Shown: positions 40,836-54,500 of the stretch, piece by piece
Layout of the letters: the number at the start of each line of letters is the position of its first letter
Position numbering within the stretch: position 1 is the stretch's first letter
Assembly: GCF_009834535.1 (NCBI RefSeq)
Contig: NC_045697.1
Location: 66,962,001-67,026,000 of the forward strand
From: Camelus ferus
Lineage: Eukaryota
Length of the DNA stretch: 64,000 nucleotides
Direction of reading: 5' to 3'
Notes under the pieces: generated by a model
What the model was told of the DNA's origin: nothing
Seen by the model: only the letters and a program-made list of their open reading frames with translations
Database searches by the model: none
Made by a program: the position numbers and the translations under genes

Positions 40836-43821
40836 ACCCTCCGATTTACCATTTCCTGAACAAGTGACTTGGGTAATTTAGCTAAAGTTTCATTTCCATG
40901 CTTCTGTATCATTATTTGCTAAATAAGGATAATAACATGATCTACCTCATAGGATTGTTGGAGGCATCACGGGAGTTAACACTACAGTAAGCATGCCATA
41001 AATGCTGGTTACTGGGACACAGGGTTTTTTTAAAGACAAAAAATGAAGATGAAAGATTTTGATTTTATTCCTGTTATTATTTTGTAACCTCTTCTTACTT
41101 TAAAAATATATAGATTTTTGACCACTCTTACAAATTTACCACAAGCACTTTCATAATATCATAGTTATATGCAGAGATAGAGGTCAGAATGATCTTTGAG
41201 CAAATCCTTCTCAGCAGAAGGATTATCTTGGCAATATCTTTAGTTTTGTCAAGGTATGGCTATCCCTTACTGCATGAGGTCATTTAAACAGAGAAATCCT
41301 GAGAGAGCAAAGTCCCTGTAAAGGGAAATACAATTTCAGCCATTCTTTTTTATTTCTTGGTTTTGGGGAATTTATATGACAAACATACTTGTATTCAGAT
41401 AGTTTTGCTAAAGGGTTTTATAAAAAATAAGTATTTTAGAGCTAGAACTCCAAAGACATCCATTATAGAGGAGAGGAAGAAAAAAAAAAGCCACTCTTAT
41501 ATTCACACTGCATCTTTAGTTTCAGAAAAAATGATTATATGTCATCACAATATTTTTTAAGGTACGTCTTAGGGATAAATAATAAGAAACATGCCAACTT
41601 TATGGATGAGGGACCTGACATACCAAAAAGTTAAGGCTCTTTTCTCAGAGTATGAAAAAAGAATGCAATGACTGCAGACAAGCTTTTTTTGCAAATAAGT
41701 AGTTTAGCCATAAACTTCCCATTTCATACAGCATAAAACATTACTTCAATGACATATTTTAGTCCAGTGGGTTACCAGCCCTGCCTATAGCACGTAGATG
41801 GATGATTTCCCCCAAAATGTAACTTATGAGACAGTGTTCTATCAATTAGATGTCTGCCTTTCAGAACAAATATTAGCTATAAATTTCTAGAGATTTGTGG
41901 TGCCTCCACAAATCTAAGGAACTTCTGTCTAAATACAAAAGTAACTATGTTTGGAAAAATATAGACTGATACAATTAGGTAGGTGTTATAGTTTTTAATC
42001 CTGAAATAGAAACTACGTGATAAACTATTTAATGTAATGGTTAAGATTTATATGAAACAGGGAGAAATTTATTGTTAAAAGTTTGTCTTATTGTCTAAAA
42101 CTGTCTACATGGTGTGATTAATCTCATCTAATTAAAAATCTGGCCCCTGCAATTTACAATGGGCTTATTAAGTGGTTATACAAGGGATCAAATCACAACT
42201 CAGAGATGCACGTTAGTAAAGAAGCCATTTATTCTGGTGTCTTGGCAAGCCTGCTGAGCTCTACCAAGGTGTTGGCATTAGGCTGCCAGATACTGTCATG
42301 GCATAACCTAAATCTTTCAGAATGCCTGGTTAAAGAAATGCACTATTTGGTTAAATGGTATATTTAATTTTGTTTATGCCAAGTAGAGTAGACAGGTAGG
42401 AAATGGAAAAGTAACATACAAGGCCACAAATAATGACTTCTGTATATATAAACCAGCATCATAATTCACAAGACACATACATATTTAACTGGAGATATTA
42501 CTACACCTACTATAGGAATGTTAATTCATTCCTTTATATTCAGAGTTCTTACACTGTGCCAGGCACCACTGTACACATTTTCAATTCATCAGTGAACAAA
42601 CCAAACAAAAATCTTTGCCCATGTGGGTCTCACTTTCCAAGGGACTAGGAGGAATAGACCACAAGCCATGAATATAAAAAATAAGTAAATATATAGTTGG
42701 TTAGAAGTTGGTAAGTGCTATGGAGAAAATAAGTACAAAAGTGTAATGGGGGCTTGAAGTTTGAAGTGGGGAGGGGACAAGGGGGCAGTCACTTCAGTCT
42801 ATCTGATGTCCTCAAATTCCCTGGATGATAAAACATTTCCACTAAGAGAACAAATCAGGAAAATATTACCGCACTTAGTGACAACTGCCAATATTCTAGT
42901 GAATCCAAGGAATCTTTGGAATATGAATGATGATGGTAGATAATTATATGAATAAAATGTATGCTATATGTTGGTAAAAAAAAAAGAGAGAACAAATCAT
43001 TAGCATTAAATAGCATCATCACTTTGCCTTATCATATGCTTTCAATTTAATTCAATTGCCCTCTATTTACTTATGTCTTCCATTACTAAGTACCAGCCAC
43101 GTGCAAGGTACCATTTTTAGGTATTGAGGATATAATTATGAAGAAAATAAAGTGCCTACTCTTGTGAGCTTATATGCCAGTGGTGGAGACTATCGACATA
43201 AAAGATCACAAATAATGATGAAGAGAAATGCTCTCAAGAAAAATAAAACAGGCTTGGGGTTAGGAGAGTGACAGCGTTGGCGTCAATCGGTTTTAGGTAA
43301 ATTGACCCCTCTGGAGAGGTGACACCTCAGAAGAAATCTGCATGAAGGAAGGAAGTGAGCCACAAGTAGTGTTGGGGCAGAAGGTTCTGGGGAGGAAACA
43401 AGAGTTACTGCAAATAGCCCGTATCTGGATTGAGTGTATTACAGTCTAAAAACAAAGAAACTGGTATGGTTGGAGCAGATCAAGTATCAGGACAGAGGCA
43501 GGAACCCAAGGCCTTCTCACACATCTGCTGTATAAGTCATAGTGAGCCTGTAACATTATGTATGTGGAAAATAAGATATCTTTGTGAACTGCCACCTGAC
43601 ATGAAAATCATTGCCATTTCCTCTCTTACTTGTATTCAGTGTCTTGGTTAAAAGCATGGAATACGTTGGTGGTCTGACCTGCTTCTCCAAATATGAGCTT
43701 TGAACTCAGGCAGGTTTTTTAATCTCCTTTTGCCCTCAATTTTCTCGTCTGTAAAATGAGGATGATAACACCTGTCACACAAAACTGTTGCAAGGACTGA
43801 ATAAGCTACTTCATGTAAGTA

Positions 43822-43992
43822 TTGTCAAAGGGCACAAACTTTCGGCTACAAGATGAGTAATTTCTGGGGGTATTTGTGCACAGTATGGGTACTACAGTTA
43901 ATAATACTGTATTACATAATTGAAATTTGCTGAGAGAGTAGATCTTTAGTGTTTTCACCATACACACACACAAAGGTAGCTATGTGAGGTGA
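43822..43992 (+). mobile_element. Old L1M (L1MA/L1MB-type) 3'UTR fragment
   Basis: caaagggcacaaacttt...acagttaataatactgtatt...tgaaatttgctgagagagtagatcttta...ctatgtgaggtga. Confidence 0.75.
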
Positions 43993-44020
43993 AAAAATTA
44001 AATGCTTGGAACAGGGCATC

Positions 44021-44021
<1 letters not shown>

Positions 44022-44081
<60 letters not shown>
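44022..44081. repeat. (ATT)20 microsatellite
   Basis: Perfect trinucleotide run read directly from the sequence. Confidence 0.97.
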
Positions 44082-44082
<1 letters not shown>

Positions 44083-44084
44083 CA

Positions 44085-44390
44085 CAGCCCATCTGTCCAA
44101 CACGAGCCACATGTGGCTATGGAGCAGTGGGCGTGTGGCTAGTCTTAACTGAGAAGCACTGTAAGTGTAAGCACACCACATCTCAAAGATTAGTATGGAA
44201 AAAAGAATGTAAATTATTTCATGAATACCTGCTTATATTGGTTATTTTGTCAAAATGATAGTTTAAATATAGTAGACCAAGTAACATATATTATTAAAAT
44301 TAATTCTGCCTCTTTTACTTTTTTTAAGGGTGGCTACTAGCAAAGTTGAACTGACATGTGGCTGGCATTATATTTCTTTGGACCCTGTTG
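44085..44390. mobile_element. MER33/MER3-type hAT element
   Basis: ctgtccaa...agccacatgtggctat...aaaagaatgtaaa...gtggctactag...acatgtggct...ttggac. Confidence 0.75.
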
Positions 44391-46573
44391 TTCTGGACAG
44401 AGTGTTGGACACTACAGACTCACAGATGCAAACAAGGTTTTGTCCAAACCCTCAGGTGGCTCACGAGGTGGTTCTGACCTCACAGAAGAGGATGGATGAT
44501 CTATGAGAGGAGGGCAGAGAGGGCCACCCTGATTCTCCTTAATTCTTCCCAGGAACTATCTTATTCCAATCTGCAGGCAGTGGCCTTTGTGATGATGGCT
44601 GTGATTTATTGGTGTGCACATGTAGTAAAGAAAAAAATCCTTAGGAACGATCCTGACATTCCCAAGAAGAAGGACTGTCTGTGCACATAAATTCACTGTA
44701 ACTCTTGAATTGAGGAGAAGGGTGACCATATAGAGGGCTCCTCCATCCTCGGGCGTAGGGGAAAAATTACAGTCTAATCATATATGAATCAGCAGAGAAC
44801 TTCAACCTCTAGGACTGACAGCCCAGGCCTGGGACATTTGCTGAGCCTTTGCTTTGTGTCTGGCACATGCCACGTGCTTTACAAGTTTATTCTAGTTTAA
44901 TCTGAAAATAACCCTATCATTTTCATTTCACGGTTGATGGGACTAAGTCTCCAAGGGGTTAAGTCGCTTAACCAAGGTCACACTAGTAAGTAATGGAACG
45001 AGGATTTGAATATGTCAACCCGGCCCCCAAACGTGTGTTCTCTCCGCTCCACTATGCTCTTTTCCCATTTCACCCACTGTCCCCTGACAACCGCAGCCAC
45101 GACATCATCAACATCACAGTATCAACAACAGCAGCCGAACTGAAACTATTTCCTGAAGAAAGACAGTGTTTGCTGACATTTTGCCTGGACTACGTTTTCC
45201 TACCTTAACACTCAGAATTTTCCCATTGGTCCATAATAGGGGACACTGGAGGAAACAACCCAGTGAAATCGGCAGCTGTATCACCATGAGGGTGTCGCTT
45301 TGGACAGTCTTTACAGGGTCTACTTGGGTTCTCTCAGAAAAAGCTCCTCTCTCTGCAGTGGAAGCTGCAGCACCAAGGACACCTGCCTGGCACTGCCCTG
45401 TGGTCAACGTGCCCGCATCCTAGCTCGGGCAACTTACGTCTTCAGCTCGTGCCTGGCCAGACCCTTACTTTCCTTTTTCCTGTTTTTCCTCTGCCCTGAT
45501 TGTCTCACACACTTACTTTTCTATTTTATGTAGTTTGAATGTATAAAAGATAAGCAAACTTAAAAACATGAATGAATAGCCAGTATCCATTTCTGCTTTA
45601 TAAACTTCTGCAAATTGAGCTTTTTCATGAAAGAACTATGGGCTCCTGTGTAGGACACATCATGAGTATAACTTGAGTTGGGTGAGAGGTAACTGCACCT
45701 ATTTTACTTCCACATCATGGTCATCCTTACCTGAGACAAGTTTACACTTTAACTGCAGCTGATGTGATGGCCGTCTGTCAAACATTACAGGGCAAAACAC
45801 CACAGCTGGCTTGAAACAGAGCAACTAGAAAATCTACAGTCTTTTTGCAACATTAGCAAGGACTTGTTTGGCAGGACCAGCCCTGACAGAGAGAATTTGA
45901 AATTTAACTTTTTTTTTTATCATGATGTAAATCTATATGGATAAATCTTTGTATGTTGGATGTGGTTCCTTGACCACACACAAATGAGTCAGTGAATTAT
46001 GGAAGTACAAGCAAACTGCTCTTCATTCTTAATACATGAAGATGAAAAGGTGTTATGGGCAAATTAATCTCTTACTAGAAGAAGAGTTTGTCTTCTTATT
46101 TGAAAATGTCAAACTACATTTAAAAGCTGTGAAGTAAATAGCAAAGTTCATGCAATATGTTGCAAAGAAAAATGGGGTTGTTATATGTTTTTAATTTTTA
46201 TGTGGAGAATAGGGCTATATAAAGAGAATATTATCTATATACTCTTATGTTTATATGAAATGGGTACAACACAAAAGTCGTCATTTGGAATTAGGAAGCC
46301 CTTAGACTTCTGCTTTTAAGAAAGCCAGTTTAGTATAGAGTGTAGACTGGCAATTTAAAATAGTTATTAGACTTGACATTAATAAACATATAGCAATGAA
46401 AGATACTGTTTTGTATCACTGTGCCTGTTTGATTATAATTAGCAGCTAATTTTGAATTCATTTAATTATTTGACCAAAACAATTAGTTTTTTGTTTCTTT
46501 TTAAAATGTTTAAAAGTATCTTTTTGTTCTTCATAATTAATAAAATACATTCTTCAAGATTTGTGGTAGACAG

Positions 46574-47007
46574 TTGTGGTGGATGCTGTGGTATGCCTCT
46601 GACATTCCTTTTCAGGACGGTTCCCACCTGTTGGGAGTGTTGATGGTGAAGGTTCTCAGCCTCTCTTTCCTGGAATTGCCTTCAGTTGAGAAGAGCTGAC
46701 TTGTACCAGGTCACAGAATTTGGTGGGGGTGAGGAATAAAGGAGGGGTCCATATCCATTGACTAGTCAGTGTGGGGGCCAAAGGTCCACTCACCTCCTAT
46801 GCCTCGAGGTGGGACGACTCTGAAGGGCCATCCCAACTCCAGAGATCCCCATGGGCTAATCTTTTGTTACACCTGCATCGCAGTTCAGTTTCTCTCTCTG
46901 CCCATTTCTATTTCTCCACAGATACTGTTCCTAAGAGCACTCTGATACATTGCCCGCATGCATGTCTCCATCTCAAAGTCTGTTTCATAGAGAATCCACA
47001 TAAGACA
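46574..47007 (+). mobile_element. LTR16-like ERVL solo LTR
   Basis: tgtggtggatgctgtggt...gggacgactctgaagggccatcccaactccagag...ctccatctcaaagtctgtttc...taagaca. Confidence 0.75.
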
Positions 47008-47399
47008 AAGAGAAAATCCCTTTAGACGTGCCCAGTGAGGAATTATTAATATAGAACATTTTAATAAACTTCACCAAGAATTCTTTTCAATGGTTTCAAT
47101 TCAATACAATTTATTAAACATCTTTGATGTTCTAGGCCTTGTGCTAAGCACTAAAGATATAAAGTTAAGCAAAGCTGAATTAAGCAAAATTGACCTCAAG
47201 GAACTCAATGGCATGAAACCCAGACATTACAACAAGTGAATATAATTCAAAAGAGAAAAGCTCTATACAAATTTCTCTGAAAGGTTTGAGAAAGGAATAC
47301 CTTTCACTCTGGAGACTGATGAGGCAGGAATGACTTCACTAAGGACACCTGAAAGAAATCCTTCAAAAAGCCTAGGCCTTTTGAATAATTCTTTCCTTT

Positions 47400-48160
47400 C
47401 TTTCTCTCCCATCCTACATCCAATCTCTCAAAAAAGAGCTATTACCTCTGCCTTTAAATATATCTAGAATCCAGGTCTCATCAGCTTGACCTCTTCCAAT
47501 CTATGCTAGCCTAACATCTCTCATAGCCTCAGCCTCATAATCGGTCTCCCTGCTTCTGCTCTTGCTTCTCATGGTCTAGTCTCAATGCAGCAGTCAGGTG
47601 ATTCTGCTAAAATGGAAGTCATGTCATGAATTCCTCTGCTGAAAACATTCCAAAGTTCTCATGTCATATTAAGAACCAAAGATGCCACACCCAGAGGCCC
47701 TAGGCCATCTCCACTCTGGCCTTCCTGTCCTTACTTTCAGGCCTTATCTTTCTTAACTTTTTAAGAGCCTGCTCTCACTCACTCTCTTCCAGCCACCCTG
47801 GCCAATTCAGTTTTCTTAGAACCACCTTCTGCCCAGCACATCCCTGCCTCAGGGCATTTGTACTTGTGACTCCTCTGTCCCTTCCTTCAGGTTTTTTTCA
47901 GCTGTCAGCTTCTTCTGGATATCTTCCCTGACCACCCTACCCAGCACAACATAACCCCTTTTCCCACATATCTTTCCTCATAGCATTTACCACCCACTCT
48001 GTTCCTGATTACTTCTTTCATTTGGAGTGTGCCCTTGCTCACCAGACATAAGCTTCCTGAGAGCAGGCATCATTACATGTTTTGATTCTGGTTCTAAACC
48101 CAATACATACAACTGTCCCAAGAGTAAATGCTTACTAACTACTTGTGAAATAAATGAATT
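47400..48160 (+). mobile_element. L2 3' fragment
   Basis: cctgcctcagggcatttgtacttg...aagcttcctgagagcagg...ttgtgaaataaatgaat. Confidence 0.75.
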
Positions 48161-48326
48161 TATTACAAATAATGGGAGGAAGTAGGAGAAAAGCGGAAGA
48201 CCTTTGGTATGAACTAGAAAGCATAGAAATGGAAGTATTTCTAATATAGTGTGACTGGCAATGGAGACATTCTTTGTGGTCAGAGCTGGAAACATAGGTT
48301 ACATTATGTAAACAATGAAATACGGT

Positions 48327-48711
48327 TGTTATGGACTAAAATGTGTCCCCCTAAAAATTCACATGTTGAAGTCCTAACCCTCAGTACCTCAGGATGTGCC
48401 TTTATTTGGAGATAGGGTCTTTAAAGAGGTGACTAAGTTAAAATGAGGCTATTAGGTGGGCCTTAATCCAATATGACTGGCATCTTTATAAGAAGAGAAA
48501 TTTGGACCTGGATAGGTACAGAAGGAAGACCACATGAAGACATGGAGAAGATAACCATCTACAAGCCAGTGAGAGAGACTTCAGAAGAAGCCAATACTGC
48601 CAGCACCTTGATCTTGGACTTATTACAGCTTCCAGAACTGTGAGAAAACAAATCCTGTTGTTCAGGCCACTCTGTGGAATTTTGTTATGGCAGCTCTAGC
48701 AAACTATTGCA
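48327..48711 (+). mobile_element. MLT1 (MaLR) solo LTR
   Basis: tgttatggact...atgttgaagtcctaaccc...ccttgatcttggactt...ccagaactgtgaga...ttgttatggcagctctagcaaac. Confidence 0.88.
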
Positions 48712-49199
48712 ATAATACCTATCACTGTAAGAAATTTTGACTGTCTCTCAGAAGCCACTGTAAAATTTTAAGCAGAGATGGAGGTGAGCAGAGGTGAGAC
48801 CTGAGTTTTAGGAAGACTGCATTTGTGGTAATACAGAGGAAGGACTGGAAAAGAGAGAGGACTTCAGCCATGGAGACTAACTGGAAGTGTTTGCAATAGT
48901 TGGGATCTAGATCAAGCAGAAGGGAAGGAAGAGGTGAGAGTAGAATTGGGGGAAGCCTGTGAGCCAACATTGTTGGGACTTAGTGACCTATTAGAGGTAA
49001 GTGATACTGACATCAACACAAAATGAAATTTAGTAAAATACAGACATGGAAAGGAATTCAGATAATAAAATTTACATGGATTTCAGTGGTCTCACACTTG
49101 AGAAAATTTCTCAATATGGAAACTTAAGACAGATTAAAGTAGCATTTATGACGCTCAAGATGTGAACAGCACTCACTGAGAAAAGGTCTGCAGAAAGAG

Positions 49200-49420
49200 C
49201 TGCAGACTACATCTCCCCCTTGGGGATAACATGCACATTAGCATATTAAAGAATATGAAAAGTTTTGCAAAGAAACCTCCTTAATTTTGTCCAAAAAAAA
49301 AGTATTTCCCACATTTATTGATTATGGAACACTTTTTTTTTGTGAGGCACCTTTTAACCTCTCCCTGAATATGAGTACTCTAGAAGTTAACAGAGTTTGG
49401 AAAATAGTGGTGTATTTTGG
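49200..49420. mobile_element. Charlie-type hAT fragment (related copy at ~56440-56750)
   Basis: gcacattagcatattaaag...aaagaaacct...atttattgattatggaac; a similar motif order recurs near 56540-56640. Confidence 0.5.
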
Positions 49421-49824
49421 TACACTAGAACAGTTCTAAAATAAATAGAGACGCTTTGTCTGGGTAATTTCTATTTCTAATAGCAAAATTGGTCAGCACT
49501 GTCCTAACAAACTGGTAGAATAAACTCATTAAAGGAATATAGTTGGTTTTCCCATAGCCTAATCACTACCAGATTAAAAAATAAGATTCAATCTTTTGAA
49601 AGTAGCACTAATTCTTTCACAGTCGCTAAAGGGAAATTACTCAGTGCCTTGAAACATACAAATAAAACGAAATCCTGGTGACGTAAGGGGAAAGTGTAGC
49701 TCTAATGTAGAAATCTGGGAGCAGTTTTTCATCAAGGTTCTTTGACACGAGAGCAATTATGGTCCAAATTTTTCCATATCTCATCAGTTTCTGAAATCCA
49801 CAGTGTCCCTGCACAATGACTCAC

Positions 49825-49968
49825 ATGCGATGCGCACGTAGGCCTTCCGGCTCTTGGTGGTGCCTGCAGAGCTCCAGGCTACACACTGGCACCAGTAATC
49901 TTCAGGTCCAAAGAGTTCTTCCACTTGTTGGCGTGAAATCTCAATGCTCACTTCACGGACAATGAGAC
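49825..49968 (-). CDS. UNC5C: UNC5C internal coding exon (probably exon 3; C-terminal half of Ig domain 1)
   Basis: Translates to (G)[47 protein letters not shown], recognised as UNC5C. Acceptor tcttccttttcccttggcag|GT, donor GCAT|gtgagt, 144 nt, phase 1/1. Confidence 0.96.
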
Positions 49969-51386
49969 CTGCCAAGGGAAAGGAAGATTTAAGTTACTTG
50001 GCTCCAGTTACTTGACTCACAACTTTTTCATTCTCTTATTTGCTATTTCAAATCTTCTGGATTCATCAGAAGATGAAAGCAGAGTAGATCTCTAACTCCA
50101 CAAAATTACATCTTTCCCCTTATGGCCTGACAGATATTTACCTTCCTTCAGGGAGTGGGGTGTATTCAAACATCTCTGTATTCAAGTACGAACTTGGATT
50201 TTACTTCTTCGAAGGATTCTAAATTAATTATATAAGTTGTAAGATACCCATGTGCTGTACACAGCTTTATAGTAACTAAGTCTTCCTAATTCTTTACATG
50301 GAATGAGAAAGAATGACCTAAAACTATGATCAAAGTATATAGATCATACATATATATATTTATATATACAAACATGTGTGCCAGGTTTTATTATGACCTA
50401 GTAGTTTATAAATATGTAACGATTTTTAAAAACTGTCATTTTAAACAGCTTTGCTTGTTACATCATTTTTCTTGAAAGAAATACTGGCCTTAGTTAACGG
50501 ATCTCTGCTATCCTGTCCAAAGAATGTATGACTTTAAAGTTTTCATGAGCAATATTTTGAAAGCTAAAATGTTTCTCTATAATAATAATGTAACCAAACT
50601 CATATGAAAAATAAAGTGGCCTCCAGTTAAAATGCTCAAATAATTGGAATTTATTTCACAGAATTATGTAATCCTAAATAACAAAAACTGAACTAAGAAT
50701 CTAGGATTGTCATTTTAGGGGTATTTGTTTTGAGGTCCCAAAGTCTATTTTAGAGATTCATCCTGCAATAATGCCTCTTTGCATTGAGCAAGAAGGATTA
50801 TCTGAACAATGTATGTGGGCAACAGCCAGTTCACCTGCACACTTCCAGCACAGAGTGCCTATTGAGAGAACTGGTAGGGGCACACTTAGGGAGCAGGAAA
50901 ATTTCCTCTGGGTCAAGTATGAGCACACTACAAAAGATTCGGTGTGTTTCTTTGTACTGTTTATTCATCCATTCATTCATCCATTGATTAAATACCTACT
51001 GAATATCAATTATGTGGAAAATATTGTACTAGGTACTTGTGCAACTCTGATGAGTAAGACAGTCATTGCCCTCAATGAACTTCTATTATTGAGAGGAGGA
51101 CACGTATTAATTTATTATTTAATTACAGTTGTGTTCAATGCTGCAGAGGAGAAGTACGAGGACAATGAGAATGAGTAACAAGGGGACCCAACTTAGTATG
51201 AAGGATCCAACATGAGTTAGGTTGGTTAAATCATATGGGGAGAGGGACAGGGTATTGTCCCTGTATATAGGAAGAAGCAGGAAAGGGAACAGGAGATTGG
51301 GAAACCAGGAGAAGACAACAGAGACTGCTGGCATGAAACGGAACTGGAGACAAGAAAGAGACCAGTTTATCTACATTCTTGTAAAC

Positions 51387-51572
51387 CAGTGGTTCTCAAA
51401 ATGTGGCCCGCAAAACAGCTTCATCCGCATCACCTGGGAACTTGTTGGAAATGCAGATTCTTGGGCCCCACTCCAGACTCACTGGACAAGAAAAACTGAG
51501 AGTCTGGCCAAGCAATATTTTAACAAACCCTCCCTCCAAGAATTCTGATGCGTGCTGCAGTTTGAGAACCAC
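51387..51572. mobile_element. MER5A
   Basis: cagtggttctcaaa...catcacctgggaacttgttggaaatgcagattct...agtttgagaaccact (terminal inverted repeats). Confidence 0.88.
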
Positions 51573-54500
51573 TTTTATACACCATGTTTAGGAGCTGGGA
51601 TTTCTTTCTGAGAGCCAAGTGTTTCAAGCAAGAAGGACTAACAAATGATAGATGCTATGATATGTATGAGATACAGAGTTTAACTAGTTCCTAACAGTTG
51701 ACTTCTTACAATGTTTGATCATGGCTTCCTAGCATAGGGAACATGAAAGAGGTGTCATCTGGAGACCCTAAAAGAGTATTCTGGTCCTCACCCTAAAATC
51801 AAGCATTACCCTAAAATGCTCAAATGGGTGGAAGCACTCAAGGAAATTAACAACCACCAGATTATAGTAAGTGCTGACCCACTGGGGGATAAACAATTCT
51901 TCCTGTCACAAGCTGATGGGACCTAGTCCTTAGGTCCACTCAAGAGTCCCTGAACTGGAACGAAGCCCAGGAAAGTGGGTTTCATAAGCCCAAGGCAGGG
52001 CAAGGCCCTGACAAGACAACTCTATTTTCAAAAGTTTATTAAGTACATTAAAAATAAAAGTTTAAAAATTAGTAATCCTTTTATGCTTATATAATTTGAA
52101 AAAAAATTTAAGTAACTGGTATATTCCAACCCCTCACCGCTCTATAAAAAGATTCCTAGATTATTTCAGCCAACGTCCAAATAATAAAACAAATCTCCAC
52201 AGCAAAAAACACAACTTATTAACAAACAACACCATTTTCCTTCTTATTTCCGGTCCTTGCTTGGGCCTCTCATTTTCCCGTCTCATTGTAATTATCCTCA
52301 TTTTTCTGTTATCTAGAAACCTGTGCAATGACAGGGAGCCTTCCCTCCTCGCCACCACCTTTGGTTTTATTCCACTTTCTGGTGTTTAAGACTTTTGCCT
52401 GTTTTACTTGTTTATACCTTCTCTGTGTATTCAAAAAGTCAGTTACGGGAAGCAAATCTCTTCCTCTAAAGAGTGTTGCAGTAAATTTAGTCACCAAAGG
52501 ACTGATAAACCTGCCGTGTGTATTTCCTTAGCCCTATAATGGCTCTTTCCAAAATATAGAGCAGCAACAAATGGGCTCAGGATATTAAAACCGCATACAA
52601 ATATTTTGTGTCCCAAGATGGTAACTTCAGGTTTCATTCCCCCCTTTTACTTAAAGCAATTACAGGAAACCTAATTAAATGCTAGGGGAACTTCACTAGG
52701 GCCACTGTATCCTTTAGCCCAAAGAGGCTCATGGATGTTTCTGCTGACCACAAATCTACATCCTTTTAAGAAGCCACAGACCAACCCTCCTGCTACAGGG
52801 ATTATTCACAGTATGAATGTTCTGAATTGTGTGGCCCAGGCTCCCTGTGGGCACAGGAGTCAAGCACACATCGAGTTTTGTCCTTAGCTTCACAGACGCC
52901 CCATTCAGGAGGAGATGGATTAATTACAGTTGTGTACAGTTGCCCTGCCACATGCCCAAAGTTTACATTCCAATTTTTGGTCAACAATGCCAGAACAAGA
53001 AAAAATTGAAGCATGAAGTATCTAAACACTTACAGCTTAGAAAGTTTAGAATTCTCTAGAATTAGCTGCATTATTCAAACTCTGAGTTACTCAGTTACAG
53101 ATCGTCTTTTCATTGCCATAGGTAAGTTCATTACCCGTGACATATTGTTCATCAAACCAGAAGCCAGTGGTTTGGGTAAAAGTAGGTAATATCCTTTCTC
53201 TTTGAAAGTGAAATTTCAAATCTGCTTGAAGTCTTGAGATGGAAAAAGCAAGCTGCCTTGAAATTTGAAATGCCATCCACATCACCTTCCAAGGCAGGTT
53301 GCTTTGAAGAGCATTTGGGAACTTGAAATTGGTTTCAGGTAATTTAAGGGTAGGGGGAAATGCTTCGGTCCACAGGATTTACTCAAATACAAATGTGTAT
53401 TTTCCATCTCGTCTGATAACATCAAAGATTTCCCATTACTGTTCTTCCTTTAATAGTGGCATCTCAAAGAGGCATGCTGTTTGAAGTTTACAGTGATTTG
53501 CTTTTATAATAAGATTCATTGTGGTTTGGGAGTCAGACTGCAGGAAAATAATTAGCATAATATACCAAAAAGTCTTATAATGAGTATGAAAATGCACTTG
53601 TTAGCAGGGAGTTTCAAGTGATTTTAGAAATTCAGATATAAATGCAACCCTCTGATTGGTTCTTTGTGAGGCTATACTTTAGTATGGCAATAAAATCTGA
53701 TAATTGACATTTATTCCTTATCTTTAGCATAATTTTAATTTCATAATGGTGGTCAAGCACCACAAATAATGTTTTTCTAGAGATTATTATAAAGTGATCA
53801 AAAACACAGGATGAATCCTGTTGTATAATTATTTAAAATATCCACATTCCCCCAGAAATGTTATCTGCAGTGCTGTCAACAAATATTAAGTCACTAATGT
53901 CAAATTATGTTAATTCCAGAAATGTAAAAATGGATCAAATATCACTTCCAGGCTTGTGCTATTTATTTATCTTGTTTATTAGGTGATACTCAAAACTCAT
54001 GCATCACCTTAAAATATTTGTTTTAAATGTGTTCATCAAACCTGCATCTTCTGATACCCCATGTATGTTTCACATCCTAATACCGTGTTAGACTTAGGTG
54101 TTACGTGTGCCTGACATGTATCTCTCATTCCTCCCAATTACTTTATCTTTCACATGCAAAGGGAAATTTTGAGACACCATACTGTGCAGACCTGGCAACT
54201 CGATTTCTTCCAGCACTTTTCTTATTGAGTGAAGAGCTGCAGAGGTCACTCTACCAAATCTCATTATAGTACATTCACAGTTAGGACACAGGTTGGTGGG
54301 AAATGTACAAAGCTGCAGGTAAGGATGCTCTGGAAGACATTACAACATTTTACTGAATTACTGTGGTCTCTTTTTCATGCTTCCTTCCAGAGCTTAATCC
54401 TATTAGTTTTCACTACTATCTAAAATATGAAGCATATCAGCTTGAGATGTTTTAATATAAATTTAATCACAAAAATACAATCATTATTGAAAAATATGTC

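Noticed and set aside
43989..44258. ORF with a poly-Ile, transmembrane-like stretch
   Set aside because: Translation of the (ATT)20 microsatellite plus a hAT fossil.
49784..49975. 63-aa ORF as a standalone gene
   Set aside because: It is the UNC5C exon read through its splice sites; the initial MA and the terminal [13 protein letters not shown] are intronic.
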